A stretch of DNA of 64,000 nucleotides from Takakia lepidozioides. Its lineage: Eukaryota; Plantae; Bryophyta. Below the pieces are notes generated by a model. It saw only the letters and a program-made list of their open reading frames with translations. It searched no databases and was not told where the DNA came from. Location of the stretch: positions 42,656,001-42,720,000 of the forward strand of contig CM060733.1 of the NCBI GenBank assembly GCA_030704615.1. Direction: 5' to 3'. Below, piece after piece: positions 1-13,839 of this stretch (within the stretch, counting starts at the first letter, position 1; every line of letters begins with the position of its first letter). Both the position numbers and the translations under genes were made by a program.

Positions 1-3000
1 TGAAACTGATTCTGATTATGTGGCGAGCTTAGTGCTTGTGAACTGCGGGCTGCGTTTCCTACGCTTTATGCAAGAATAAGCAATCAACATAGGATACGGT
101 TTCAGAGGCGCAGCTATGTGATTCAGGAAAACAGATCTCTCTCTATCGAATGAAGTTCCCGTGGAGGGGGTGAGCACGACAGGCTGCTGAGGGTCGGATG
201 AGAGAGACGGCGATCATTAGCATCAAGCTGGCTGGACATGGTGGTGTGGACACAAGTAGTGGAAGTACTTCACGGACATGGTTTCCTGCTCCACAACAGA
301 CGTCCATGAAAGGAAACACAAAAGCCAGAGAGGGATTGCGCACCACGTGCACTTCAAGTGTCCTACTCCAGGTTTGCAAAAACAAGTGTTCCTGACTGTG
401 CACCACATTCGTTGACAGTAAGTGTGTTGTTCAATCGGACCTCGTCCTTTTGGAGGTGTGCCGGATAATATAGTTAATTTCCCACATCGTGATAGTCCAA
501 CTGAAGGTGTTCAAGAGCTGTTGAAGAAGGGGGACGAAGTTCACGTTGACTGAAATGCGCAAAGTATTCTAGCTCTAGGGAAGGTTTTGACCATGACGAT
601 TTGAGAAAGAAGATTTGCAGCTGGGACATACCCGTATGTGCCTGGTTGGGTGATCTGCACAAGTCAGAGCCATTGCAAGTGAGTCCGGAAGATAGGGCTT
701 CCAATGCTCCAGATGCAGACCTCTTTCCTTGTGGTGCAGACCAGTTTGCTGCAACTCCGCTGTAGCGTGGAGGATGGTAGAGAGGTTGTCATCTGCGAAT
801 CGTTGCGTGCGAAATGCTGATGTGAGGATGAGAGGCGGACTGAAGAGATAAGTAGGAAATCGCAGCTTCACTGCTTCCCTGGAGGTGCTTGTTCTAAGCC
901 GAGTGCTGTGGTGTACTAGACTTCCAAGCATTCACTGGACATCCTGTGTGAGTGGAACCAGCTTGAACCTCGTGAGCCTGAAGGGGAGCGAGGGTGATTT
1001 CTGGTTTTGAGTGTTGTGTACGACAAAGAGTAGGTAGCCGTGAGGACTGAGCAGAACCAGGAGCTGGTAGGAGCTGACGGGCATCTCTGCTGCATGGCTT
1101 TGGAGATTGACGAGCATGCAAGCTGCTCATGTGCAACCCTTTGATCAGGTCTTTGATCGGCCGAATCGGCCAACACCCCGCACCACCTCCTTGTTCCTGC
1201 TTGCTTGCGCAGGCTTGGCCATCGCTGCCATCATCTGCGTCCGCCTTGCCTCTCTCCCCTGAGCATACTGAATGCGTGATTAATGTGAGGACATTTCTTT
1301 CAGGACCAATTGGCCTTGCAGTTTATGAGTCCAAGGAATTCTTAGGGAACCAGGGAACAGGGAACCAAGACAAGTATTGAAAAAAATAAAAATAAAAAAT
1401 TCCTTGTATTTGTTTTGTCTTATTAATTTTATTTTATTTTTAAAAAAATGTTATGTTTAAAGAGCATGGTTGGTCATATCTTTGTCAAATGAGCTCCGTT
1501 TGACTCAGTTTTTGAGAGGATAGCTGCAGAAAGGGGAAATCTACCTATGCAGACCTGGTTTTTGTTTTTTGGACTCTGCTAAAAATCTATGGAATTTTTA
1601 GAGTGTGAGTGTGCCATGAAAGATCCACAATTCTGTTTCTAGAACCTGTTCTGGTCTATATGAGAGACAAGCCTGTGGATGTCCTCCTTGTATGGCTGGG
1701 GGAAATGAGGACGTAATTGAAGGGTAGGTCTCGACTCTTAACCTGTGCACACAAGGGAACAAGATTTATGTTTCCCAAGGAACTCAGACTGATTTGAGTA
1801 GAGAACAGTTGGACGAGTTGATTGCATACTGGGAGTCAGGCATTAGCAGTAGACAACAGACTGCTGTAGTTGGCGTTGAGGGCCTCAATATCGCCTTGGA
1901 CAATCAGAACTCTATTGGAGCCAGCAGTTCTGCAGCTGTAGGTGAAATACCAAAGTGGGTTAAAGGTAGGCTTGGAACACAGCCAAAGACAGCCCCGGGG
2001 ACCAAGGTGTTCAGCCACAAGGCCGTGTGTGTATTGGAGTAGAGGAGCAGGAGCTACACAAGTTTGTGCAATCAGAGAGCGTTGCAGCCGGACACGCTCT
2101 GCACAAGACAACCACGAGCGGGGGTTCATTAGCGAGGACAAGTTTGTTCTGTTTGAAGGAGATGCAGTCATTCGCAATGAGGACACCCGCAACCGTCTCA
2201 AAGCTTTCGAGTTGAGAGACTATCAGACCCTACCTTTGTTTTCTTTAGTGTTCAGTGAGCGGGAGATAGGGGAGTATTGATTTGTCTCTACATGGTAGAA
2301 AGAGGAGGAGGGTTGGTTAGAGCGAGCTACTGTAGCTTAGGACAAGGTTAGTGGCAGGTTTCTGGACATAGATATACCTCCTACACCTTACCATCATGCA
2401 GAGCGAGGCACTTTGAGAGAAGTCTGGCAGTTGATAGCATAGATCAGGATTAGATCTTGCTTGGTCGGGCTTCTATTCTTCCCCTCCATCTCTTTACTAT
2501 TTTCATTACTTTGTACTTGTAGTTGCCAAAGTCTCTCTTGGTGGAGGCCAGTCAGTCCGGGGTTTTGGGCTGGGATATTCTGCAGGTCAGCACTGCAGAT
2601 GGATTTTGGTGTGGGGGTGTTGATGTTTTGATTTCTTGTGTTTGGATCCCCCCCAACACCTGCATGCTTGACTGTGCGCCATGTTGGTTTTGTGTGGGTG
2701 CTTGCTTTCATAGGGATTAGGCCGGATTTGATCACCGGTCAATCCTAGAGTATGTTGTCGGTGGTGAGGCTGGAGTGATGACCAGCAAGACCACCAGTGT
2801 TTCTTCTATGGTGAGACTGGGTTGATGACCAGCCAACCATAGGAGTTCTTGCAGTGGATGCAGGTGCAGGTGCCCTGAGCCACTGGGATATGACCCTTAA
2901 AACTGCAACAGGTGCCTACCCGTGTCACTATTAGAATTAGTAATAGAGCCTTATAGTGTCACGTGGGGGAGGTACACATTGTGAGTGTCATCACGGAGTT

Positions 3001-3163
3001 ACCCAGGGGTTCTGAGGGGAGTACGGCTACAGGCAATAGCAGTGAGAGTGGGTTCACCAGACGAGGTGTTCGTTTCAGACCACCTTCACCTCCACCCTCA
3101 ACTAGTGCAGAGTCAAACACAGACTCGGAGGCTTCATCAACAGGTGTGTAGTTTCATTCGCCA

Positions 3164-3300
3164 TTGTTGTGGGACGACATGGAGGAGATGTATGGAGCTA
3201 CCAAGGGGCCTCGTAGGTACTCTGGAGCTGTGGGCACAATCGAGTTGGATGACTTTATCCAGGAGTTCGACAGCTGGTGTGATTTGCAGCAGATGCGCTG
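3164..3300 (+). pseudogene. Short LTR-retrotransposon gag-like fragment
   Basis: YSGAVGTIELDDFIQEFDSWCDLQQMR resembles the N-terminal capsid region of Gypsy gag. The similarity stops at about 3300, where MULE-family sequence begins. Confidence 0.45.
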
Positions 3301-5420
3301 TGAGGAGTCACCTGCCTCGATGCAGTTCCAGCTTGCGAGCGCAACACCCGGGCAGGAGTATTCAAAGTTGATTGTGTTGGGTCGCCCCCCTGCGATCCCT
3401 CCCCAGCTTCCATGTCAAACAAATAGGAAAACATGGCACACTGCACGCAAAAAAAAAGGTGTAAAGGGAAGAGTGCGTATGGAGGGCTTCACATCCGCGA
3501 AGCACGAATCTCTCACTGGTGGGCGATCCGAGTCTCCGGATAACGAGGTCTACATTTCCTGCATGAGACGGAGCTTCAGTCGTGTCGTCGGCGGCTTCCC
3601 AAAATCCCGCGTCCTCCTTCTCTGCGCCATAGTCGCCTGACCTTCCACAAACTCTAGGCTAACACTATGTTGCATAAAGAGAGGAAACGCAGAAGAATAT
3701 CACCGCAGAAAGGCAAGGAGCGAGAGAGCGAAGCGGTGGAACATGCAACGAGCGTACACGAGCAGATGGGGAAGCAGCCACGTCTCACCAAGCGTTGCCA
3801 CCGTCCACCACTTTCCACCGTATGGGTGATGAAGAGATTGCGACCCCTGACACGTTCGGACGGATGAAGTCGCCTGGAACGCGACGCGTGCCTGTTCAAG
3901 CCACCAGAAGAAGACGCTTTATCCGAATTGCGGTGTCGAAATACCATTCCGTTCACCGGATGCTGTTCCCGGAGCAGCCGGCATTGAATGCACTGTCCGC
4001 ATATCATGAAACCCAACCGCCATAAAACCAAACGACGAACCGACAGTCAGGTCGGTACGTTTCATCCGCGGAAGGATGAATTTCGGCGCCGAAAATCATC
4101 CTATGCAAGTGCTTTCATACACAAACATTTGAATTTTGGCGCCGAAATTCATCGCTTCCCCAGTCCTCATCCGTCATGAGCACACCTGTCAATCGGATAT
4201 CGGAACCAGAATTAATTTCGGCCAAGTGCAGAACGCTGCACTTGGGCACATTTCATCCATATTTCGGCGCCGAAATTCATTAAGAATATCTCCGTCCGCG
4301 CGCAAACGAAGTGAAATCATCCATATTTTGGCGCCGAAATACATCTAGCCCAAAGAGTAAACTGGCACCATGCCATGTTTTCTTGCCATCAATGCCCATC
4401 ACGGTTGCTGTCCATGCATGTTGAACTTGCCATGTCTGGACTTTTGAATTTAATTTTGGCGCCGAAATTATACATTAATTGGGGCAACATCATGTACGAA
4501 AAAAGACCATTTAATGGATACGCTCGGTTTCAAATGAAAACAACGACTGGAATGCAATTAAGTTTCTCCCAACTTGAGAAAATATCCCCTTACGTCATTG
4601 AATATCGGCATTTTGGAAGACATAAGGGGTTAAATGTGCCGATTTCTTCATTTAATACAAAATATTCGTGTTTTCTCTGTCTGAATGGGTGATTTCATCC
4701 GATTTTCGGAACCTTACATCATCCCGAAGCAAGAAGTAAATGTCGGTTTCGGATGAATTTCGGCGCCGAAATACATTATCGCATGGAAAATGCAATATTG
4801 GAGTTACCGTTTGCCAACAATATGGATGAATTTCGGCGCCGAAATTCATTGCTCGCAAAGAAAAAAATATAATTGGAGTGAGGACTTTGGATGAATTTCG
4901 GCGCCAAAATTCCTCGCTCGCTACGAAAAAAATTAATGGAGATTCGGACTTCGGATGAATTTCGGCGTCGAAATTCATTGGCAGAACAACAAAACACTTT
5001 CGAAGAAACAGAAGAAAAATGAATTTCGGCGCCAAAATTCATCCACCCTCCTCCCTCCAATAAATTTTTTTCCATGCGAACGATGAATTTCAACACCGAA
5101 ATTCATCCCTACTGTCGTTTCAGGGTTACTGTCAACCAGATTTCGGCACCGAAATCCTTATATATGGTGAATCATGATTTTCATCACGAACATATTCATC
5201 CTTATTTTGGAGCCGAAATTCATCTTTTATTTGCATAAACAATTTCATGAAGAACATGTTCATCTGAATTTCGGCACCGAAAGTCTTCCGTCGGGTGCTA
5301 GCTTAGTTTCATGAGATGAATTAATTCCGAATTTTGTCGCTGGAATTCATCCCGTCGCTTCCAAATCTGTTACGTGACACACGTGTTCATCCGGATTTCG
5401 GTGACGAATTTCATGAGAAG
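3300..5420 (-). mobile_element. Internal remnant of a GCM-MULE family element (subfamily R0): first exon of the cargo gene plus its upstream palindrome array
   Basis: Minus strand 3630-3517 reads MAQRRRTRDFGKPPTTRLKLRLMQEM*...PP and ends at CCACCA|GTGAGA. This matches cargo exon 1 of the intact element (FGRRPMPKGRKQMRLQEEI...PP, same donor). GAGGGATCGCAG is shared downstream. The array lies upstream of the exon, as in the intact element. No TIRs seen. Confidence 0.65.
4071..5415. repeat. Array of about 16 palindromes, consensus GGATGAATTTCGGCGCCGAAATTCATCC
   Basis: Core CGGCGCCG-like octamers at about 4084, 4137, 4265, 4329, 4457, 4761, 4834, 4899, 4963, 5027, 5091, 5144, 5208, 5272, 5335 and 5399. 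Spacers are dissimilar; spacing is mostly 64 or 53 bp. Confidence 0.92.
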
Positions 5421-5479
5421 ACTTGATTTATTGAAGCCCAACTGGTGGTATATCACAATTCAAGCATCCAATTTCCGAT

Positions 5480-8400
5480 GTGAATTTGCTTTGGACATCC
5501 ATATTTGTCACGTACGTTACACACCTTCATCCATACTTGCACTGATAACCCATCCTGTTGGATACAGAATCCTCCAGAAAATGATTGTGGTATTATGTAG
5601 GACACCCTTTTTTCATTGCAAGACTTCGCTGCGGAGCCTACCGAGAGTTGCTATCTTCAACATGGACTCTCGTGTTTGGGTAAACGTGTACTTCCATCCT
5701 GATTCTTTGAAAGCTAAAATACCCTACGACCATCCCGTCTCCACGAAATGGGAAATGCAAAGATTGTTCTCATAATGCCTAATGAGGAGGCCTTACCACA
5801 ATTTGTGAGACTGCCAATTGATGGAGAGGGTAACTACTTTACCATTCAGCTGATAGAAGATTTTGCATATGCTGCGTGTTTTAACTACAGTGAACTTGGT
5901 CACATCAAAATGGACTGCCCAACAGTTAAACGTAAGAGATCCCCTCCAGCTCCTCCGTCGACAAAGCAAAATATTGACCACATGTTGCCACCATCATCGA
6001 CCTCCAACCAGGCTCAAAGGAATGATACCACTATCCTGGTCCATCAAAGGCAAAAGACAGGCAATCTGATCAACTCCAAGATCTGGACTATTTGGACTCT
6101 ATGCAGCTCAAACCCAGGCCCCCTTCACCCTCCAACCTTGACGTCAACTGGGACCCTATGCAAGAGGAGGTCAGAGTCCATCTATGGAGGATCTTAATTA
6201 ACAAAGGCAAAGGAAAGATCGATGACAATTGGATTTCACACGCAGTCCAACTGACAAGCCTTACAACCAGGCGCGCTCCAAAAATAACTAGAGGTATTTC
6301 GTGCAACTCATCCTTTGCCAACCTCTGCCTTAACACTTGCTCGTTTCCAAACCTGGACCTGCTAGGTTGCTCTGCCCTTGAAACAATTGCACCACCCAAG
6401 GCTTCCTGTGTCACACCACTGATCTTCAGGAAATGCAACCCCCCTGCAATTCTAATTATAGCTGATGATCTGGAGTGCATGGAGTCTCTTTGGATCACTA
6501 CCTTAGATGTCAAGCATTTTGCCAAAGTAAACCCGCCGAACAGTATCCCACAAATTCTGTTTAAACACAAGATTCAAGCTTTCTTTGAGGCTTTTCTGCC
6601 ACACTACTTCTTGTCTCCTTCAACCAAAATCTCTTGGGGTGCTTACCTGGAAGAGCACCCCGGATTAAGCTACAAGCCAAGTATACAGGTGCTGGCCCTA
6701 ATGGAAGAGGCCGAAGTTTACCATTTCCCCCCTCCTTTGGGGGCAATATGGACTTACAAGCAATGACTCTCAGCCCCTCGGGGAAGTCACCTACTTCAGA
6801 TTTGGAACCAAGACACCTTATTCAACGGCTTCCAGCTACTGTCATCACTCCTGGAGTCGGAAATAGACAAAGAAAATCACAGGATGGAAGTACAAAGGAC
6901 CAGAGAGTATATCAATGGGAGCGATAAGAAGGCCAGAGCCTCGAGCACATCCTTGGTCTCTTCGGACACCAGTGTTGTGTCTTCGCCGGATGACTATAGC
7001 AGCGATAAGGACTATTTGGCAACAGGGGTAACCACCATATCTCACCACCAGTCAATGAGGTCACCAGCCTTGATTCTCCACCAAACAGATTGATGCTACT
7101 CAGCATATCTCACCACCAGTCAATGAGGTCACCAGCCTTGATTTTGCACCAAACAGATTGGATGCTACTCGGCCAACTGTCAACGAGGACCCCCCATCTG
7201 AGGTTCATCCACCCAATCCTCCATCATCTCCTACTCAGGTTCTCAGCTATCCTTCCCCTTGTTTTTTCTTCCAAATGCTTAAGAAAGACTCTAATAGATG
7301 TTGGATGTTATGCAAAAAGGCAAAACACCATGATGGAAATCAGGTGAGACATATGCTACCAGCCTATGACCTTGCAGCTTGTATACCTTCGGGCACGTTA
7401 CCATCGGATGGCTCCCTGACAGACAAATATCCACAGCTTTTATCTTTGTTTTTGGTTGGATTCTTCCCTGTGGGGGTGGCAGTTCAAAATGTGACAATCT
7501 CAAGAGTACCTCATGAACAGTTTCAGCCCTTGCCCCCAAATCCTCAGCTTCCTGCTATGAAGTCAGTAAGAAGAGCCAAAAACCGCTAGACCCTTACGCA
7601 TGGATCACTTCTCTGCGCCCTCGCGATAGCAAGGTTAAGTTCTCTTTCCAATTTTACAGGCCATCAAATTTGACCTATGGTCCAAGCCTACCTCAACTTT
7701 TACATGATAATTAATCTTCACTCCTGGAATCTCAGAGGTTTTGGGGCAGACCCCACTTCTCTAAAAAGAGTGCAAATTAAGAATTGGCTCGCACCCTTTC
7801 TCCCAAATGATTTCATAGTATTTCTGCAAGAGCACAAGCTAGATCAGGGTAAAATAGATAGCCTCACAGATCACATGTGGCCTTTGGCCAATGCACTTTG
7901 GAAACCAACTTCTGAAGGAACAAGGGGGGGGACAACAATTCTCTTTTCCCCATCCCTTCACCCATTTTTATCCTTAGACTCCATCTGGCTACCAGGAAGG
8001 ATATAGTTTCGTTCAATAACTCTCCCTAACAGCGCCGGTATATTAGGATTGGTTAACATTTATGCGCCAAACTCAACAGCTGAATGAGTAGAATTTTGGA
8101 TTACTCTCAATGCAAAGATGAGGGAATAACCTTCTATTGATAGCTGGATCATCTCTGGTGTTTTCAATATGGTGGAAGCCCCAGAGGATAGGAGAGGTCA
8201 AGATTCTTTCAATCCCAATCCAGAGGAGATGGATCACTGGTTCTCGTGCGTACAAACTCATTCTTTTGCCACAACCCCCAAAGCCATGGCAGACCTCTCC
8301 TGCAACGATTTCCAGCTATCTACAGAAAAGGCTCTATCATTGAAAGGGGAGTTTACTGACATAGAATTGCAAGATGCCTTAGACAAACTTCAAAACAACA

Positions 8401-8725
8401 AATCCCCCGGTATGGATGGCCTTTCTGTTGAGTTTTTTCAAGGCATTATGGTCTGATATAGCCTCTCACTGACATGGCAAACCATCTCTTCCAACAAGGA
8501 TCCCTGCCCGCGGTTTTGTCCAAGGGAGTGATCACCCTACTTTACAAGAAAGGTGATAGAACCAACATTTCCAACTACAGACCCATTACCCTATTAAATG
8601 TCGCCTAATCTTGCCTTTTATAGCAAAGGCACTGGCTCTTCGACTCCAGCCTCTCCTTCCAACTCTCATCCGACAAAATCAGATTGGATTCATAAAAGGA
8701 AGATTTATCCTTGACAATCTCCTGC
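5480..8725 (+). mobile_element. Degenerate L1-type non-LTR retrotransposon (ORF1 zinc knuckle, APE endonuclease, start of RT), internally deleted and 3'-truncated
   Basis: Knuckle CFNYSELGHIKMDC at about 5875. APE motifs SWNLRG, FLQEHK, GGTTIL and NIYAP at 7704-8070. RT-proximal motifs KSPGMDG, LLYKKGD...NYRPITLLN and QIGFIKGRFILDN at 8400-8720. Several stops and frameshifts. Confidence 0.85.
7036..7170 (+). repeat. Tandem duplication of about 69 bp inside the LINE
   Basis: catatctcaccaccagtcaatgaggtcaccagccttgatt...gatgctactc occurs twice in tandem. Confidence 0.85.
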
Positions 8726-9439
8726 TCCGGCTGGTATTGGCAATTCCAATACTATGGTTGATAACCGGACCGGCTGGTATTGCCAAGGCAAAACCCGACC
8801 CGTATTATGGGCAAAAACAAGGACTATCCATTGGTATGAATAGGAAATTGGCTAGGTGCACAATATGTCAAGGTCAGGGTAAGAGGGTGCACATGTCCGG
8901 GAGGGCATGTCCAACCCCAAGGCCCGCCACTACGCTTCATTTCTTATCACATGTAAGGTTTATTTATTTTTAACATACCTAGGGTGTCTTATGAGGACCT
9001 CAGTGCAAATGCTGGTTTATTTGATAATGAAGGTTGCAATCAGTCTTCTTTTAACTAAGCTTGCTTCAATTTGGATACTAAAATCTGCAATGTTGTTATT
9101 ATGTAATGTAAAGACTGAATTTTGCAACATAATAGTTAATTTCTTTGTAAAATCAACTGAAATCTTCTAAATTCAATACATATTAATGATTTAGTGGTTA
9201 TTTAGATTTTTAATTTTTATTATTTATACCCGGGTTGATAACCGGCTGGTATTACATTGGAGTACCCATCCTATTGATACCCATCCGCAAATCAAAAATC
9301 ATATTACTATTGAGAACCGGCTAGTATTAAAATTAAGGGAATCTTTCAATACTATGGAACCGGCTGGTATTGCAAATTAATTTCTTTTCAATACCCGGAC
9401 CCGGCTGGTATTAGAAAAAAAAATACCCGCCCAACACTG
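8726..9439. mobile_element. One-ended non-autonomous hAT-like/MITE remnant with CCGGCTGGTATT subterminal repeats
   Basis: At least 6 copies of ccggct(g/a)gtatt. The right end reads CAGTGTTGGGCGGGTATTT on the minus strand, a hAT-like terminus. No matching left TIR found. Confidence 0.5.
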
Positions 9440-10027
9440 GTCGCCACCTCAACAATTGGTTAAATAGGTCGAGTGAAAATAAAAAAGTAAAAATAATTAC
9501 TCAACGGAAAATCGACTTTGGACAACGAGCTGACAGGTTTGAGCCACGTCCCGTTGTAATTGACATCTGGGGTTTCAACAAACAACCACGGTGGCAATTC
9601 AGAACTGATAGAACCCCTAACCCTAACTTGTTGATGAGGGGCCAAGGCACTCCACTATGTCCTTCCGCTGACGAAGGCTGCCGGAAGAAAGATCGCCAAA
9701 TGACGGGAGGGAATCGATAGCAAAATCGTGTGCCCAGCCCGCCCCCATGCACAAGGCCCTCTACCACCCATGCCTGGGCATACTAAAAAGGTATCCCTCT
9801 CTAAGGTCCCCAGCATGCAGAAAAAGGGAGGAGAGACCTGACTAGGGAGTATACGTGGTACTAGGACAAGCAATTCTTCACTGGGCTTACCCATGCCATT
9901 CTTCTTGAGGTCAGTTGTCAAGTGATTTTACCCAAAAGGTCACTGGAAGCTGAGTGCTAAAATCCTAGTCGTCTATGTTGGGCGGGTTCACTGTTCATGA
10001 GAAGGATTGAACATCATGGATCACTAA

Positions 10028-13000
10028 TCAAAGCAGCATTGTTGGGTCACTGTCGAACAAGGGCTTAGGACTTTTCAGTGGGGTTCTAAGAAGACGGAGA
10101 GGGGTGGTTGACATGCCCATGTGTTGCCGTGTGTAGAACTCAGAGAAATCAAGGCGGAAGGAAAGGAACTTGAGGTCAACATGCTGTTGCACTGGCAGTT
10201 GAGCAATGAAGCCTTCCAAGAGTGATGAATACTCCACAGCAATCCCATCCATCTCCTCCCCCATGCTTGTCAGGAAATCCCCAGACAGTTGCGAGCTTGA
10301 CAGCTTTCTCTGCCCAGCAGATAACTTGGAAGGAACACCTTTCTTGACCTTTTGCCTGGCTCCCTCACCTCTGCAAAAGCAAAGTTTCAATTCCCTTCAG
10401 ACTTCCCCAATAGCCCTCTTTCAGCCCAGAAAAACATTAGGTTGAATATGGGACGGGCAGCTACCATAGATAGAGTTATAGGGATTAAGGGAAAAGCATA
10501 CCTAGCCTGCACTTCGCGTGCATTTTCATACAGGCGATCAGCCAGCCCTCGAAATCGAAGAATGAGGTCAAAGAGGGTAAAGAGCGTCTTGCAAAGCAGC
10601 TGGGAACGCTCACCCAGCAGTGCTTTCTCTAAAATAGAGCCCAAATACTTCTCATGTGCAGCAATTAATTCATCAAGATCGTGAGCATCTTCCATCTCTT
10701 CCAAGAAATTGGCCCATGAGTATTCAAGCACCTCAAACATGATATAATACTGGAGATTTGTTACAAAGTGGTTCATCTCGTTTCGCAGTGTCTGACACCG
10801 CCGCAAGACAAGAGTCAACTGTGATTGCCCCCCCCCATCCTTGTTGGACCATAGGCGTGCAATTGAACAGTTCGGCTTCATTGTCTGCCATGTGGCACTC
10901 AGTGCATGCTCCACACGCTTCAGCCTCCAAAGGAAATTGAATATCCTTAGATAGTTACTCATCACCTCCACAGTGAATACTGTGGTTAGAGGGTCACGTG
11001 CATTGTATTCAAGGGAGAATACATCCCAACCCCTGTCACCATCACTATGGGGCATCATGCGCACCCTCAGCCGGTCCAAAACATCTCCGTCGTCATACTG
11101 TGCATTGGATGCTCGCACTGCACTCTCTAGCGTCCCAGAGAGCTTAAAAGAGCTCAGGGTGTTGGCAGGAAGTGTGAGCTCAGGTCCGACCAGGTCCATG
11201 AGATACTGTATGAAGTCTCCCTGCCCCAGAAGCAGGTACCTTTTGATTGCTAGGCAGTGATCCCGAAATCTATAACGATTATACATAATTTGAATAAGAT
11301 GCTGGTCAATTCGTCCTGCCGCTTCCACAACCAGTGCCTCAAGGGCTTCAGTCTCCCCATAGCCAAGACTGCCCCCACTAGCAGATGCTCCAGCAGCAGC
11401 GACAGCATCAGCAGCAGCTTGTGCCCAACCTTGGTCCGAACAGCAAACCCTCAGGAAGTTAATTGATTTTCCTGTTCTCAGAATCCGTTGAGCTAGAGGC
11501 TCTGGTATAAAAGAAGGCAGCATGGCAGTCTGAAGCTGATAACCATCACGCCATAATGCCTCTGCCTTAACAGACTGTGCAACCACGAAAAACTCGCCAT
11601 AATAGTCATCAACTTCCCCTTCAAGCACCCACCTACAGTACACAAAACTTTAAGCTCAGCAATTGAGCAATCAGACAAAATAATGCCAATGAGAAAAGGT
11701 GGCAAACCACATATATGAACAAGGTTGTACCAACATAAAAACTTTATCCAGTAGAACAACCCTACCTCCGAACCATCTCGAAGAGTGGTGAGCAGACCTG
11801 GCGCAGCAGCCGCCTCAAGAAAGCACGGATAAAAGGGTCCCCATGCTGTGCATGCATGTGGATGGCCCCTGCCATGGCCCCCCCTCTCAGTGTTTTGCAA
11901 TCATCCACCAGCACGGCCATCAGTCGCATTCGTACTAATGGTTCTGCTAGCCACACAGCCAAGCGCCTCAATGACAGGTAATTCCCTATGGTCTTCATGC
12001 CCTCAGCGCTTGACAAGAATGGAGCAGGGTTATGGGCCTGACCCTCCAAGACAGCCATTAGCCTGTAGTAATCAGAAAGTTCTTCCTGCAATGCAGCACA
12101 GAATGCCTGGCCCACGGTACCAATGGCCTCCAATGGGCCATCTTCTAAACTCTCCGAAATGTGGTTTTTCACCCGTTGGAATAGCCAGCCCACCTCACAC
12201 AGACGTCGGACCAATGTTCTGGCTGCTCTGGGGAGCTTGACTGATTCATCGACAGAATATCCATCAGCATCCTTGTCGAATTTGACAAAGCGCCCATCAA
12301 TGCCTTGGCACACGTACACCACATCTCGCACCAAGGCCATCTCTGACACATCTGATTCCATTTGACTGATTTCCACATATTCTCTCAACGCAGCGGCCCT
12401 GACATCAGAATCGTCTTTCGAAAGGATCAACACGCCGCCAGGAGAGCCCCGACTGCTAGAGTCAGGTGTCTGTACCCTGGGCGTCTGTACCCTCGAATGA
12501 GGCTGAGAGATTCCATTTTTCGGGAAGTGTTTATTTGGAGAGGGCGAAAGAGACTCTGGGGCTTCATTTGGAATCTTAGAATGGGAAATAGGATGCGCTA
12601 ACGCAGGTAAACCACCTCGAAGTGCAGCACCAGAAAGGCTGGATGTGTAAGGGGCAGCAGTACCCCGTGTTTCAGCCCTTTCCCTCCTTTGATCCTCAGA
12701 TATGGCGTGAAGAAGATAGAGCAGCGACCAGCGATTCTCTATACAACCAGGTCCACTCTGAGATGACAAGCGCCGGTGCAAGTCTGAGAAGGTTAGGGCA
12801 TCCGATGACCTGTTTTCCAGCACTAGCTGCCGTTTGATCGCTTCGGCCATGGCAGCTTCATCGTTGGCGAGAGACGGAGCAATCCGGCTGCCAATAATGC
12901 GCATGGCATATCGGTGCGCACGCTCCACCACTGGTTCCACGTCCCTCCATTGACGTCCACCTTCCCCAGAGCCATTCTCTGCTGCTTTGCTGGCGCTTGG

Positions 13001-13054
13001 AAATATTCGACCCACAAGCTGTCTCACCAGATCTGCCACTGCATCCCCTTCCAT
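10028..13054 (-). CDS. GCP3: Gamma-tubulin complex component 3 (Spc98/GCP3); exons 13054-11766, 11632-10502, 10370-10028; about 920 aa
   Basis: Characteristic segments: LVRDVVYVCQGIDG, VGQAFCAALQEELSDYY, AIKRYLLLGQGDFIQYLMD, GWDVFSLEY, YLRIFNFLWRLKRVEHAL, LKFLSFRLDFSEFY. Two phase-2 GT-AG introns give a continuous 2763-nt frame. Confidence 0.95.
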
Positions 13055-13466
13055 AGCCAGCCACCCGCCTTCACTGCCCACTTGCAGCGAGGCTCTCTGG
13101 TAACCACAAGCTTCTTGACATCGCAGCCGGACTACAAGGGAAGCTCGGGCCAAGAAGCATCCTCACATCCTTCACATCACCCCCAAGTACCGCTCTCCTC
13201 CATGTTGCATAAGGCATCCCTGAGACGATCGAATTGCTTGTGATTGTGGAAGCTCGCGATGCTTTTCAAAGCAGATCGCGGAGTGTGCCTGCCTCGCAGC
13301 GATGGCGGGAAGCTCTCTTCACTCTCTCTCTCTCTCTCTTTTTGCATTCCTTCTTCAAAATGCGCTTACGTGCTTCGAACTTTTCTCGTTTTCTTTCCAA
13401 ATTATTTTCTTAAAAACAATTAAGAGTTTTTTTTTAAATAATTCGGAAAATAGCACGAATAGATAC

Positions 13467-13700
13467 AGAGTTTTGCAAAAATTAGGCGTATATTCTGTTC
13501 ATCCATTCAAATTAGGACAGAATCATCCACATCCATACTTTCATCCATATTTTGCGAATTCATCCATAATTTTATTTGCTTGGGAGAAATTTGGCGATTT
13601 CATCCATGAAAAAACATGGAATTTGCTACGGAATATTCTTTTTCTATTTTTTGAGGTTGCCATTTGGCAAAAATTCGCAAAAAAAAAAAATAACAGACTA
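13467..13700. repeat. AT-rich MITE-like repeat upstream of GCP3
   Basis: Starts cagagttttgcaaaaattaggcg and ends ggcaaaaattcgcaaaaaaaaaaaa, with repeated atccat motifs. Termini are imperfect. Confidence 0.3.
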
Positions 13701-13839
13701 ATATCCCAAAAGACAAAATATCCCCTAGGCGGCCGGATGATACGGGAATAGAGGCTGAACTGTAAACCGCACTTTCTGTCCGAGTTCGAACGCGGCGCGT
13801 GATCACTGGCGCCCCTTCCCGCCGTTGTTGCATTAATAG

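Noticed and set aside
1-2950. Short ORFs and a possible LTR/PBS near 2900
   Set aside because: No recognisable domains, paired LTR or convincing PBS; probably decayed TE sequence.
11762-13153. GCP3 start at 13153 as in the ORF track
   Set aside because: That start is a non-ATG codon; the ATG at 13054 (MEGDAVADLVRQLV) begins the plausible N-terminus.
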